Shown piece after piece: positions 1 through 13,385 of a stretch of 64,000 nt of DNA. Below the pieces are notes generated by a model. It did no database searches, was not told where the DNA came from, and was given only the letters and a program-made list of their open reading frames with translations. The DNA is from Balanoglossus misakiensis. Its lineage: Eukaryota; Animalia; Hemichordata. The translations under genes were made by a program, and so were the position numbers. Where the stretch lies: the NCBI GenBank assembly GCA_040954595.2, contig CM082578.2:1594831-1658830 (forward strand), written 5' to 3'. The first letter of the stretch is position 1, and the number at the start of each line of letters is the position of its first letter.

Positions 1-3000
1 GTGCCCATCAATTTTGAGTGTTTGGTGGGGTCAACCTTTGCGTCAACATTGATTAACCAGGCCATGCAGAGCTAGTGGCCAGTGTCGTGCCCATCAATTT
101 TGAGTGTTTGGTGGGGTCAACCTTTGCGTCAGCATTGATTAGCCAGGCCAGAGCTAGTGGCCAGTGTCGTGCCCATTAATTTTGATTGTTTGGTGGGGTC
201 AACCCTTGCGTCAGCATTGATTAGCCAGGCCAGAGCTAGTGGCCAGTGTCGTGCCCATCAATTTTGAGTGTTTGGTGGGGTCAACCTTTGCGTCAACATT
301 GATTAGCCAGGCCAGAGCTAGTGGCCAGTGTCGTGCCCATCAATTTTGAGTGTTTGGTGGGGTCAACCTTTGCGTCAACCTTGATTAACCAGGCCATGCA
401 GAGCTAGTGGCCAGTGTCGTGCCCATCAATTTTGAGTGTTTGGTTGGGTCAACCTTTGCGTCAACATTGATTAACCAGGCCATGCAGAGCTAGTGGCCAG
501 TGTCGTGCCCATCAATTTTGAGTGTTTGGTGGGGTCAACCTTTGCGTCAACATTGATTAACCAGGCCATGCAGAGCTAGTGGCCAGTGTCGTGCCCATCA
601 ATTTTGAGTCTTTGGTGGGGTCAACCTTTGCGTCAACATTGATTAACCAGGCCATGCAGAGCTAGTGGCCAGTGTAGTGCCCATCAATTTTGAGTGTTTG
701 CAGGTGTGGTCAACCTTTGCGTCAACATTGATTAACCAGGCCATGCAGAGCTAGTGGCCAGTGTAGTGCCCATCAATTTTGAGTGTTTGAAGGTGTGGTC
801 AACCTTTGCGTCAACATTGATTAACCAGGCCATGCAGAGCTAGTGGCCAGTGTCGTGCCAATCAATTTTGAGTGTTTGGTGGGGTCAACCTTTGCGTCAA
901 CATTGATTAACCAGGCCATGCAGAGCTAGTGGCCAGTGTCGTGCCCATCAATTTTGAGTGTTTGGTGGGGTCAACCTTTGTGTCAACATTGATTAACCAG
1001 TCCATGCAGAGCTAGTAGCCAGTGTCGTGCCCATCAATTTTGAGTGTTTGGTGGGGTCAACCTTTGCGTCAACATTGATTAACCAGGCCATGCAGAGCTA
1101 GTGGCCAGTGTCGTGCCCATCAATTTTGAGTGTTTGGTGGGGTCAACCTTTGCGTCAACATTGATTAACCAGGCCATGCAGAGCTAGTGGCCAGTGTCGT
1201 GCCCATCAATTTTGAGTGTTTGGTGGGGTCAACCTTTGCGTCAACATTGATTAACCAGGCCATGCAGAGCTAGTGGCCAGTGTCGTGCCCATCAATTTTG
1301 AGTGTTTGGTGGGGTCAACCTTTGCGTCAGCATTGATTAGCCAGGCCAGAGCTAGTGGCCAGTGTCGTGCCCATTAATTTTGATTGTTTGGTGGGGTCAA
1401 CCCTTGCGTCAGCATTGATTAGCCAGGCCAGAGCTAGTGGCCAGTGTCGTGCCCATCAATTTTGAGTGTTTGGTGGGGTCAACCTTTGCGTCAACATTGA
1501 TTAGCCAGGCCAGAGCTAGTGGCCAGTGTCGTGCCCATCAATTTTGAGTGTTTGGTGGGGTCAACCTTTGCGTCAACCTTGATTAACCAGGCCATGCAGA
1601 GCTAGTGGCCAGTGTCGTGCCCATCAATTTTGAGTGTTTGGTTGGGTCAACCTTTGCGTCAACATTGATTAACCAGGCCATGCAGAGCTAGTGGCCAGTG
1701 TCGTGCCCATCAATTTTGAGTGTTTGGTGGGGTCAACCTTTGCGTCAACATTGATTAACCAGGCCATGCAGAGCTAGTGGCCAGTGTCGTGCCCATCAAT
1801 TTTGAGTCTTTGGTGGGGTCAACCTTTGCGTCAACATTGATTAACCAGGCCATGCAGAGCTAGTGGCCAGTGTAGTGCCCATCAATTTTGAGTGTTTGCA
1901 GGTGTGGTCAACCTTTGCGTCAACATTGATTAACCAGGCCATGCAGAGCTAGTGGCCAGTGTAGTGCCCATCAATTTTGAGTGTTTGAAGGTGTGGTCAA
2001 CCTTTGCGTCAACATTGATTAACCAGGCCATGCAGAGCTAGTGGCCAGTGTAGTGCCCATCAATTTTGAGTGTTTGCAGGTGTGGTCAACCTTTGCGTCA
2101 ACATTGATTAACCAGGCCATGCAGAGCTAGTGGCCAGTGTCGTGCCCATCAATTTTGAGTGTTTGCAGGTGTGGTCAACCTTTGCGTCAACATTGATTAA
2201 CCAGGCCATGCAGAGCTAGTGGCCAGTGTCGTGCCCATCAATTTTGAGTGTTTGGTGGGGTCAACCTTTGCGTCAACATTGATTAGCCAGGCCAGAGCTA
2301 GTGGCCAGTGTCGTGCCCATCAATTTTGAGTGTTTGGTGGGGTCAACCTTTGCGTCAACCTTGATTAACCAGGCCATGCAGAGCTAGTGGCCAGTGTCGT
2401 GCCCATCAATTTTGAGTGTTTGGTTGGGTCAACCTTTGCGTCAACATTGATTAACCAGGCCATGCAGAGCTAGTGGCCAGTGTCGTGCCCATCAATTTTG
2501 AGTGTTTGGTGGGGTCAACCTTTGCGTCAACATTGATTAACCAGGCCATGCAGAGCTAGTGGCCAGTGTCGTGCCCATCAATTTTGAGTCTTTGGTGGGG
2601 TCAACCTTTGCGTCAACATTGATTAACCAGGCCATGCAGAGCTAGTGGCCAGTGTAGTGCCCATCAATTTTGAGTGTTTGCAGGTGTGGTCAACCTTTGC
2701 GTCAACATTGATTAACCAGGCCATGCAGAGCTAGTGGCCAGTGTAGTGCCCATCAATTTTGAGTGTTTGAAGGTGTGGTCAACCTTTGCGTCAACATTGA
2801 TTAACCAGGCCATGCAGAGCTAGTGGCCAGTGTAGTGCCCATCAATTTTGAGTGTTTGCAGGTGTGGTCAACCTTTGCGTCAACATTGATTAACCAGGCC
2901 ATGCAGAGCTAGTGGCCAGTGTCGTGCCCATCAATTTTGAGTGTTTGCAGGTGTGGTCAACCTTTGCGTCAACATTGATTAACCAGGCCATGCAGAGCTA

Positions 3001-6000
3001 GTGGCCAGTGTAGTGCCCATCAATTTTGAGTGTTTGAAGGTGTGGTCAACCTTTGCGTCAACATTGATTAACCAGGCCATGCAGAGCTAGTGGCCAGTGT
3101 AGTGCCCATCAATTTTGAGTGTTTGCAGGTGTGGTCAACCTTTGCGTCAACATTGATTAACCAGGCCATGCAGAGCTAGTGGCCAGTGTCAAGCCCATCA
3201 ATTTTGAGTGTTTGCAGGTGTGGTCAACCTTTGCGTCAACATTGATTAACCAGGCCATGCAGAGCTAGTGGCCAGTGTCGTGCCAATCAATTTTGAGTGT
3301 TTGGTGGGGTCAACCTTTGCGTCAACATTGATTAACCAGGCCATGCAGAGCTAGTGGCCAGTGTCGTGCCCATCAATTTTGAGTGTTTGGTGGGGTCAAC
3401 CTTTGTGTCAACATTGATTAACCAGTCCATGCAGAGCTAGTAGCCAGTGTCGTGCCCATCAATTTTGAGTGTTTGGTGGGGTCAACCTTTGCGTCAACAT
3501 TGATTAACCAGGCCATGCAGAGCTAGTGGCCAGTGTCGTGCCCATCAATTTTGAGTGTTTGGTGGGGTCAACCTTTGCGTCAACATTGATTAACCAGGCC
3601 ATGCAGAGCTAGTGGCCAGTGTCGTGCCCATCAATTTTGAGTGTTTGGTGGGGTCAACCTTTGCGTCAACATTGATTAACCAGGCCATGCAGAGCTAGTG
3701 GCCAGTGTCGTGCCCATCAATTTTGAGTGTTTGGTGGGGTCAACCTTTGCGTCAACATTGATTAACCAGGCCATGCAGAGCTAGTGGCCAGTGTCGTGCC
3801 CATCAATTTTAAGTGTTTGGTGGGGTCAACCTTTGCGTCAACATTGATTAACCAGGCCATGCAGAGCTTGTGGCCAGTGTCGTGCCCATCAATTTTGAGT
3901 GTTTGGTGGGGTCAACCTTTGCGTCAACATTGATTAACCAGGCCATGCAGAGCTAGTGGCCAATGTCGTGCCCATCAATTTTGAGTGTTTGGTGGGGTCA
4001 ACCTTTGCGTCAACATTGATTAACCAGGCCATGCAGAGCTAGTGGCCAGTGTCGTGCCCATCAATTTTGAGTGTTTGGTGGGGTCAACCTTTGCGTCAAC
4101 ATTGATTAACCAGGCCATGCAGAGCTAGTGGCCAGTGTCGTGCCCATCAATTTTGAGTGTTTGGTGGGGTCAACCTTTGCGTCAACATTGATTAACCAGG
4201 CCATGCAGAGCTAGTGGCCAGTGTCGTGCCCATCAATTTTGAGTGTTTGGTGGGGTCAACCTTTGCGTCAACATTGATTAACCAGGCCATGCAGAGCTAG
4301 TGGCCAGTGTCGTGCCCATCAATTTTGAGTGTTTGGTGGGGTCAACCTTTGCATCAACATTGATTAACCAGGCCATGCAGAGCTAGTGGCCAGTGTCGTG
4401 CCCATCAATTTTGAGTGTTTGGTGGGGTCAACCTTTGCGTCAACATTGATTAACCAGGCCATGCAGAGCTTGTGGCCAGTGTCGTGCCCATCAATTTTGA
4501 GTGTTTGGTGGGGTCAACCTTTGCGTCAACATTGATTAACCAGGCCATGCAGAGCTAGTGGCCAGTGTCGTGCCCATCAATTTTGAGTGTTTGGTGGGGT
4601 CAACCTTTGCGTCAACATTGATTAACCAGGCCATGCAGAGCTAGTGGCCAGTGTCGTGCCCATCAATTTTGAGTGTTTGGTGGGGTCAACCTTTGCGTCA
4701 ACATTGATTAACCAGGCCATGCAGAGCTAGTGGCCAGTGTCGTGCCCATCAATTTTGAGTGTTTGGTGGGGTCAACCTTTGCGTCAACATTGATTAACCA
4801 GGCCATGCAGAGCTAGTGGCCAGTGTCGTGCCCATCAATTTTGAGTGTTTGGTGGGGTCAACCTTTGCGTCAACATTGATTAACCAGGCCATGCAGAGCT
4901 AGTGGCCAGTGTCGTGCCCATCAATTTTGAGTGTTTGGTGGGGTCAACCTTTGCGTCAACATTGATTAACCAGGCCATGCAGAGCTAGTGGCCAGTGTCG
5001 TGCCCATCAATTTTGAGTGTTTGGTGGGGTCAACCTTTGCGTCAACATTGATTAACCAGGCCATGCAGAGCTAGTGGCCAGTGTCGTGCCCATCAATTTT
5101 GAGTGTTTGGTGGGGTCAACCTTTGCGTCAACATTGATTAACCAGGCCATGCAGAGCTAGTGGCCAGTGTCGTGCCCATCAATTTTGAGTGTTTGGTGGG
5201 GTCAACCTTTGCGTCAACATTGATTAACCAGGCCATGCAGAGCTAGTGGCCAGTGTCGTGCCCATCAATTTTGAGTGTTTGGTGGGGTCAACCTTTGCGT
5301 CAACATTGATTAACCAGGCCATGCAGAGCTAGTGGCCAGTGTCGTGCCCATCAATTTTGAGTGTTTGGTGGGGTCAACCTTTGCGTCAACATTGATTAAC
5401 CAGGCCATGCAGAGCTAGTGGCCAGTGTCGTGCCCATCAATTTTGAGTGTTTGGTGGGGTCAACCTTTGCGTCAACATTGATTAACCAGGCCATGCAGAG
5501 CTAGTGGCCAGTGTCGTGCCCATCAATTTTGAGTGTTTGGTGGGGTCAACCTTTGCGTCAACATTGATTAACCAGGCCATGCAGAGCTAGTGGCCAGTGT
5601 CGTGCCCATCAATTTTGAGTGTTTGGTGGGGTCAACCTTTGCGTCAACATTGATTAACCAGGCCATGCAGAGCTAGTGGCCAGTGTCGTGCCCATTAATT
5701 TTGAGTGTTTGGTGGGGTCAACCTTTGCGTCAACATTGATTAACCAGGCCAGAGCTAGTGGCCAGTGTCGTGCCCATTAATTTTGAGTGTTTGGTGGGGT
5801 CAACCTATGCGTGAACATTGATTAACCAGGCCATGCAGAGCTAGTGGCCAGTGTCGTGCCCATTAATTTTGAGTGTTTGGTGGGGTCAACCTTTGCGTCA
5901 GCATTGATTAACCAGGCCAGAGCTAGTGGCCAGTGTCGTGCCCATTAATTTTGAGTGTTTGGTGGGGTCAACCTTTGCGTCAGCATTGATTAACCAGGCC

Positions 6001-6215
6001 AGAGCTAGTGGCCAGTGTCGTGCCCATTAATTTTGAGTGTTTGGTGGGGTCAACCTTTGCGTCAGCATTGATTAAGCAGGCCAGAGTGGCCAGTGTCGTG
6101 CCCATTAATTTTGGGTGTTTGGTGTGGTCAACCTTTGCGTCAACATTAACCTGGCCAGACAGTAACCAGGCCAGAGTGGACAGTATCCTGCCTATTAATT
6201 TTGAGTGATTTGTGG
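1..6215. repeat. Tandem satellite array, 86-bp consensus monomer (82- and 89-bp variants), ~72 copies, runs off the left edge
   Basis: Monomer gtgcccatcaattttgagtgtttggtggggtcaacctttgcgtcaacattgattaaccaggccatgcagagctagtggccagtgtc repeats head-to-tail; nearly homogeneous at 3450-5690, degenerating at 5690-6215. Confidence 0.98.
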
Positions 6216-6631
6216 GTCAATTTGATCAAATACTGCCTACTGCTGGTGCTGCATATTTGAAGAAATGTGAAAAGATGGCAAGACAGGTTTGGTAAGTGTG
6301 GGCCCCCTAACTGAAGCAAAAGCACTAACTGAAAACAAAGATATGAATTTGGAATATTTTTATTTATTACATATGAAAAATAATGAAGACTTATGCTTCA
6401 AAGTAAGTATCGACGGAGTCGAACCGCCAATGCTGCAATGGCATTATACCCATAATACTTTTTTGCTTTTTGCATGAATTTCATTATTTTTCATATGCTG
6501 TGCAGCTAAAGTGTGGCTAGATGGCTAACTGCTGATGTAAAATATCTTGCATACCAATTTGGAACAATTACCCCAAGTATAGTGGTCAAACAGAAACAAT
6601 GCTTGCATTCAATTTGAAACAAGGTGACAAA

Positions 6632-6733
6632 AGTGGTCGAAATGAAACAATGAGCAAAAACAGTGTTTATCAAACTGAAATAATGTGGTCGAAATGAAAC
6701 AATGAGCAAAAACAGTGTTTATCAAACTGAAAA
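6632..6733. repeat. ~52-bp direct tandem duplication
   Basis: gtggtcgaaatgaaacaatgagcaaaaacagtgtttatcaaactgaaa occurs twice in tandem. Confidence 0.85.
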
Positions 6734-7166
6734 AATGTGCCAAAATAGCTCCTGTTGATATTGCACAAAATTAACTGTTGCATTCTACCCTTGAGTTAAT
6801 TTTTATTTCCAGGCAATTATGTGCTTAATACTAAATATTATCTATGGGTAAAAACCATCAGTTTCTTAAGTGCAAATCGCAAGAAGCTCCCCCATACAAT
6901 TTTAGTGTTTTTTTAAATCAAGCAAGATAATTACATTCTGTGTGATAAACTAACTAACTTTACGCGCCTGGGGACAGTTAAAAACCTCGAGCCAAATATA
7001 AAATGAGGAAAAACTGCCCCCTCCCCCGTTGTGAATTTTAAAAGGTTGGGGCTCAAACTAACCAGAATTGTCTTGCCGACTCCTATTTTTCTGTGTACAT
7101 TTTGATGTATTGTTGTTGCGTGAGATTGAGGATTTGTGTTGATGCGGGAATTACGATGACGAAAGC

Positions 7167-7365
7167 AAAAAATCCATCGGCGAATCAAACGGGCACACAG
7201 CGAAATTCCATTACACGACGAGCGAACTGCGATGAAGAACGCGAACGCGGGTAACGTTGTAAAAAATCCATCGGCGAATCAAACGGGCACACGGCGAAAT
7301 TCCATTACACGACGAGCGACCTGCAATGAAGAACGCGAACGCGGGTAACGCTGCAAAAAATCCGC
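7167..7365. repeat. ~94-bp CpG-rich tandem repeat, 2 copies
   Basis: aaaaatccatcggcgaatcaaacgggcacac...gaagaacgcgaacgcgggtaacg occurs twice. Confidence 0.85.
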
Positions 7366-7784
7366 AGACAATTATTACACGAATGCATAGCAACAATTAT
7401 TTTACCCAACCTGACCCTAATAAATTACCCAATGATTTTAAGTTTCTTATTATTACACCCCCAACTAATCATCATACCTTTGTAATATTAACACCATTTA
7501 TACACATCCCATAATGTTTATACCATCAAGTTAATACCATTTTATTATTATTATACTACCAAAACCTTGTGTTACCCATTTTTTATTATTACACCATTGA
7601 TGTTTACACCCTTATATATTATACCGGTATTTACCCTCTGTACATGTACAGTTTTTATTTACCACGTGGCATTACTCATGTTTTTATAGTATTTTAATTA
7701 CTTATCATACCCTTGAAACCATAACATTATACCCTTGCAGACAGTTTTGTTATAGTACCCTTGTGCACACTGTTTTATTAGTCA

Positions 7785-7963
7785 TCATACACCAACCCTT
7801 CACCATTCCATTAGATTATACCATTTTTATTAGCCTAACCTATTCATACACCAACCCTTCACCATTCCGTTAGATTATACCATTTTTTATTACCCTAACA
7901 TATTCATACACCAACCCTTTACCATTCCCTCAGATTAAACCATTTTTATTAGCCTAACCTATT
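7785..7963. repeat. ~60-bp minisatellite, 3 copies
   Basis: catacaccaacccttcaccattcc(a/g)ttagattataccatttttattagcctaacctatt x3. Confidence 0.85.
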
Positions 7964-8145
7964 GACAGCATCCCTCTGGTTTTGAAATTGTTATCTGGTG
8001 CGGCGTTGTTGTAGATATTGATTAGACTCCCTCCGGCGATGATAATACCAATGAACCTATTGAAAAAAAAGAATGAATATTATTAATTAGATCAGATCAA
8101 CAAATCATGGCGTCGTTCATCCCTCTGGTCACAGAAGCATCATCT

Positions 8146-8565
8146 GGCGTCGTTACAAGTATTAAGTTCATCCCTCCAGTACAGTATTAGGTGGCGGCGT
8201 CGTTACAAGTTTAAGTTGATCCCTCCAGTACAGTATTAGGTGGCGGCGTCGTTACAAGTATTAAGTTCATCCCTCCAGTACAGTATTAGGTGGCGGCGTC
8301 GTTACAAGTTTAAGTTCCTCCCTCCAGTACAGTATTAGGTGGCGGCGTCGTTACAAGTATTAAGTTCATCCCTCCAGTACAGTATTAGGTGGCGGCGTCG
8401 TTACAAGTTTAAGTTCCTCCCGCGGCGTCGTCGTTACAAGTATTAAGTTCCTCCCTCCAGTACAGTATTAGGTGGCGGCGGCATTACAAGTATTAACTTC
8501 ATCTATCCAGTACAGTATTAGGTGGCGGCGTCGTTACAAATATTACACTCCCTCCAGCAGCAGTG
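8146..8565. repeat. ~50/51-bp minisatellite, ~8 copies
   Basis: ggcggcgtcgttacaagt(a)ttaagttcatccctccagtacagtattaggt repeated. Confidence 0.9.
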
Positions 8566-8667
8566 TTACCAAAGAACCTAATGTAAAAAAAGAATGAAAT
8601 TATTTTTATTATCTGATTAGATCAAGTCATCATCATTGATAAAGAAAACGATAAGAAGAAATCATTT

Positions 8668-8810
8668 AAAAATTAACGCTGCCAGCACTATTGGTGGGGC
8701 CCAAACGGTTCCCATGGTTACCAGGGTATGCCAAGGCTGTATTCTGCTGTGAATACCAAGATATATGAAAGCTGGTCAAAGGTTACCCCGGGGTCATTGA
8801 AAATCGCAAA
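8668..8810 (+). mobile_element. Terminal fragment of a Helentron/HINE related to the element starting at ~41696
   Basis: gctgtattctgctgtgaataccaagatatatgaaagctggtcaaaggttaccc aligns with the subterminal tandem unit at ~42004 (gctgtacctgctgtggatgccgagatatgcggaagtaggtcaaaggttaccc); preceded by gctgccagc...gggccc. Confidence 0.5.
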
Positions 8811-9324
8811 AAATAGCGTCAAGGACACTGTGGTCTCATTTAGTGATTACACTAGAAAATGTCTACACAGGAGTACAGACAGACAGACACACATATAGAG
8901 AGGCAATAAAATATGATGCCCCCCAGGCCCGAAAACATCTTGATCTTATGTATGCTGGCCTGGTACAATAGACAAACCAGCCAATTAATGAAAATGTTGT
9001 ACAAATACAGAGCTCAAAGTTGCATTTTAGTGAGCCCAAAAGCAAATTAACTCAATGTTACGACAAATTTTACTTTTGCCACTGAAAGTTTGCATCGGTG
9101 GGGTGGGATGGCAAGTACTCTGCCCTGATACAATAGACAAACCAGCCAATAAATGAAATGAGGTGAAGAATGAAGGTGAAGAATGAATAACTTTATTTGA
9201 TTCCATTATCTAAACAAACACATCCAATTAACTTCCTACTCAAATTTCAAAGTAATCAGTCATAGGTTTTGTAAATCATCATGAGAAAACACCCTGAAAC
9301 CTTCAAATCAAAAATCATATAAGC

Positions 9325-9569
9325 CTAGTCGCGCTCTGCGCTCCAGCTCAATGAACCAGTTGTGTGTACCAAAGTACAGACTCAAAACAATTCTCTGCCA
9401 TCTGACATTCAACAGGCTTCTAGTCTCAACATTTTCAAACAAAAACTCAAGACATTTCTATTTGTCAAAGCCTACGAACACTGATGTTATACTTTCAGCG
9501 CCTTTGGAAATAACATTGTTATTGATTCTGGCGCTTTATAAATGTTTGTTTTGATTTGATTTGATTTGA
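9325..9569 (+). mobile_element. 3' end of an L2/CR1-type LINE
   Basis: Encodes NIFKQKLKTFLFVKAYEH* (L2-type ORF2 C-terminus), then stem-loop agcgcc..ggcgct and a (gattt)n tail. Confidence 0.7.
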
Positions 9570-12500
9570 TCCCTCAAAAATATACTATTCAATTCATCAA
9601 GTTGATTTGAAAAACATACATGCAAATCTTACTTGAGCTACCCCTAACATGACTAACAAATTTTAAAGCAATGGAACAAGCGGTTTTAGAGAAAAAAAAT
9701 TAATTAAACAAGGCTGAAATTGCTCCAAAATTATCAATATGCAAATTTTGCAACATTTCAACAAAAGTCTTGTAACTCATATCACCTATATGAAGCTTCA
9801 TACTAAAATTTCAAAGAAGTTGACTCATCAATTATAGATAAGTAGATTTTTTACCACAAATGAGGAAAAAGGCAAAAAATGCATAAAATAGAACATTCAA
9901 ACTATTAGTTCAAAAAATACAGGATTGTATGTGGTTGACATAGGGTACTTGCATACCAATTGTCAAATCAATCTGTAAATTATCATGAGAACAAACCCTG
10001 AAACCTTTAAATCAAATTTTAAAGCAGTGGGGGTAGAGGGGGAACAGTACGATATTTTACCCACAATTCTCCATGATTTGTATCATCGAGATTGTCCATT
10101 TAATTACTTTCTGTTTTAGATACTAAGAATGATATGAAGTACATATAACTGTATTAAGATTTATCTAGAAAAATTATGTTGAGGAATTAGAGTGAAAATT
10201 TCAAAATCAAAATTTAAAAGCCATAGAAATCAAAGTATTCATTCATGTACGTCAAATGTCACACTTAAGAGGAAAGAAGCAATGACTAACTGAGGTGGCC
10301 AGTCTCTGTTGAAAGTTAACATGTAAATTTCCATTGTTCTGTCAATAGAAAAAAAATCAATATCTTTTTGTTTGATTAAACAAGTGTTTCAAGTGTCCCT
10401 GTTTTACTTCAATCTTTTTTGTATCGGCTGGCTATGCAATTGCTTATTTTATAAAATTTGTATCTCCTCTTTCAATAATGCATGATTTTGTTTGTCATTT
10501 GAAATGGTAATTGACAATAAGATTCGCCTTTAAAGCATGCTCTCAAAATTTGTATTAGTGGTCTACAATTTTCTCTACACATGTGAACTTTGCCTGGTTT
10601 GACCGAGTAATCTCTGGTTGTACAAATCAGAATGATTCATGGGATATTTCACGTACTGTGGGGGGTTCTGAGAAGAGTTTTGACCAAAAATGGCAAAAAT
10701 CATCCCAAAAATATACTATTCAATTCATCAAGTTGATTTGAAAAACATACATGCAAATCTGACTTGGGCTACCCCTAATATGACTAACAAATTTCAAAGC
10801 AATGTAACAAGCGGTTTTAGAAAAAAAAATTCAAAAAGGGCCGAAATTGCTCCAAAATTATGAATATGCAAATTTCCTACATTTTAACAAAAGTATGGTA
10901 ACTCATATCACCTATATGAAGCTTCATACTAAATTTCAAAGAAGTCGTCTCATCAATTCTATAAAAGTAGATTTTTTACCAAAAATGAAGAAAAAGGCAA
11001 AAAATGCTTAAAATAGAACATTCAAACTATTCAAAATACAGGACTGTATGTGGTTGACACAAGGTACTTGCATACCAATTGTCAAATCAATCTGACCAGT
11101 GGTTGTCGAGTTTCTGAGTTTTGACCAATTTCAAATTTTCCCAGCTAATTTGCATTAATTTAAAAATTTCAATTGAATATGGCTGCCAGGTCAAATGACT
11201 GATTTGAATTTCAAGGTGCACACTCATTGGCAAGGACAACTGTGACAAATTCAAGAAGCATAGGTGTGGCAGGTTTTCAGAGCAAGGTGTACAAAATATC
11301 CAGGGAATGGGGCCCAAGCTCCGAAAAACCCAGCACAATACCAATAGGGACTCATATTACTAACAAAGTGTAAGCCTGTAAGAAGTCAAAAGCTGCACAT
11401 CTTTTTACCACCTCGTGTCAGTACTAAGCAATAAGACTTTTTATAGAGTTGTTTAATTGTCTCTGCAGATGCCAGAGATTGAAAAAGAATCCTACAAGTT
11501 AAGATTTTAAGAAACAATGATAGCTATTTCTATTACTGTTTGTAAACAAAAATGTGATGTTCACCACCTTGTTTTCAGAAAAGTATTTACATAAATGTTT
11601 TTCCATAGAGTTAACACAGACACTGGCAGCCATCTTGAATTTCAAAAACTGCAACAATATCTCCAATGCAACAAATCTGCAAATTGTACTATTTGACACC
11701 TGACTTAGGTCAAGGGGTTTCAGAGAAGATGACTACTATTCAGACTCGGACAAAATAATAATGCAATATTCAGCAGAATTTCAAAAGCATTGACTATGAT
11801 CACCAAGGGACAATTCATACCAATCATCAAATCAATTAGACGTACCTATTTTAAAGATCATTATGAAAACTTTACAGATTCGGTTATAATGTAAATAAAA
11901 TTAGATCACCCCTGTGGACATGGCAATCAGACATGCATATTCTGACAAGATTTTTTGTTTGTATAAAAAGGCAACTGTCTCCAAAATACAAAATTACAGA
12001 TTATGTCACATACCTCAGGGAGATCCATACTAAATTTCAGAGAAAATTTCCCCCCAAATATGCAAATTTCACCATATTTTGAAGAAACAACTTGTGTCAT
12101 ACCTAGAAACCTGCAAAGTCAAAGTAATCTACGAGCTTAGCTTTTTTCTTCCAAAAACAGCAAAAAACTTGTTCCAAACTACAAATATGCAGAATTCAAC
12201 ACAATTTGAACACGCAGTACTTCGCTACCCCAAGAAACCTGCACACCAAATTTGAAAGCACTTGCACCAGTGATTTCAGAAAAGAAAAGTGTTGACAGAC
12301 ATAGGATGACTGAACATCTATCTACCTGTCTGATAACTTTTGCAGTGCTGAGAGCAGAGCTAGAGATTGGTGTTGTCTTTTTACATTTTAAATCATCACA
12401 CTTTGCTACTCAAAGCTACTATTCTGCTATGCTTGAGAACTGACTTGGGACAATTTTTGGCAAACAATAGTCACTAATCTTCCTCAGTTTATAGTACAGT

Positions 12501-13188
12501 GTACCTACACTGTTTTAGTAATGTACTGATAATGTTCAGACTATTTCTTGTGTCTGCTAAATATTTGTTCAAAAGTGGCAAAAACACATACATGTAAATA
12601 TCACCAAAATTGTTCAAAATCTTAACTTCAATCACCACAAGGAACATGCCTGCCAAAATGCGAAACAATCAAAGCAATTTGACAAGCGGTCTCAGAGGGA
12701 AAAAATGACAAAAAAATTATTATCAAAATTATAAATATGCAATTTTTGCAACAATCTGAACAAAACCATGGTTACTCAGACAACCTATAAGAAGCTTCAT
12801 ACTAAATTTCAAAGAAGTAGGCCGATCACTTTCAGAAATGAAGATTTTTTACCAATAATGTTGAAAAATACAAACAAATGCATCAAAAATAGAAAATCAA
12901 TATTAGCTCAAAACATACAGGACTGTATGAGGTAGACATAAGGTACTTGCATACCAATTTCCAAATCAATCTGACCAGCAGTTGTTGACTTTTGCGAGTT
13001 TTGACCAATTTCACATTTTTCCAGCTAATTTGCATATTTTTGGTAATGACAACTTCATGTTAACAAACTCCAATCTACAGCCCAGCCTGCATCTGCACAC
13101 CAAATATCGAGGTGATACGCACAACGGTTTTCAAGTTTTTGATGTGGACGGACATACAGACATACATCCATACAAACAGACAGACATA

Positions 13189-13385
13189 CTGTAAAACACT
13201 TTATTTTCGCGAGAAATTAATTTTCGCCAAATACGCGAGAGCCAAAATAACGTTAAAATACAAAGTCGCGTAAATGTTTTTGAAGATAACGATGCAGTGA
13301 ATTAAATAAGAGAACGCGAAAATTAATACTCGCGAAACAGTGGCCTCTCTCGATATCGCGAAAAATTTAACTCGTGAAAATACAG
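13189..13385. mobile_element. MITE with TA TSD inserted in the microsatellite of a HINE copy
   Basis: TA|ctgtaaaa...ttttcgcgag / ctcgtgaaaatacag|TA; internal ttttcgc/gcgaaaa inverted motifs. Confidence 0.75.

Noticed and set aside
1-6215. CRISPR-like array
   Set aside because: No unique spacers; whole monomers repeat; eukaryotic context with no cas genes.
6931-7188. GVGKT Walker-A-like motif in a short minus-strand ORF
   Set aside because: Lacks the first glycine and any Walker B or NTPase context.
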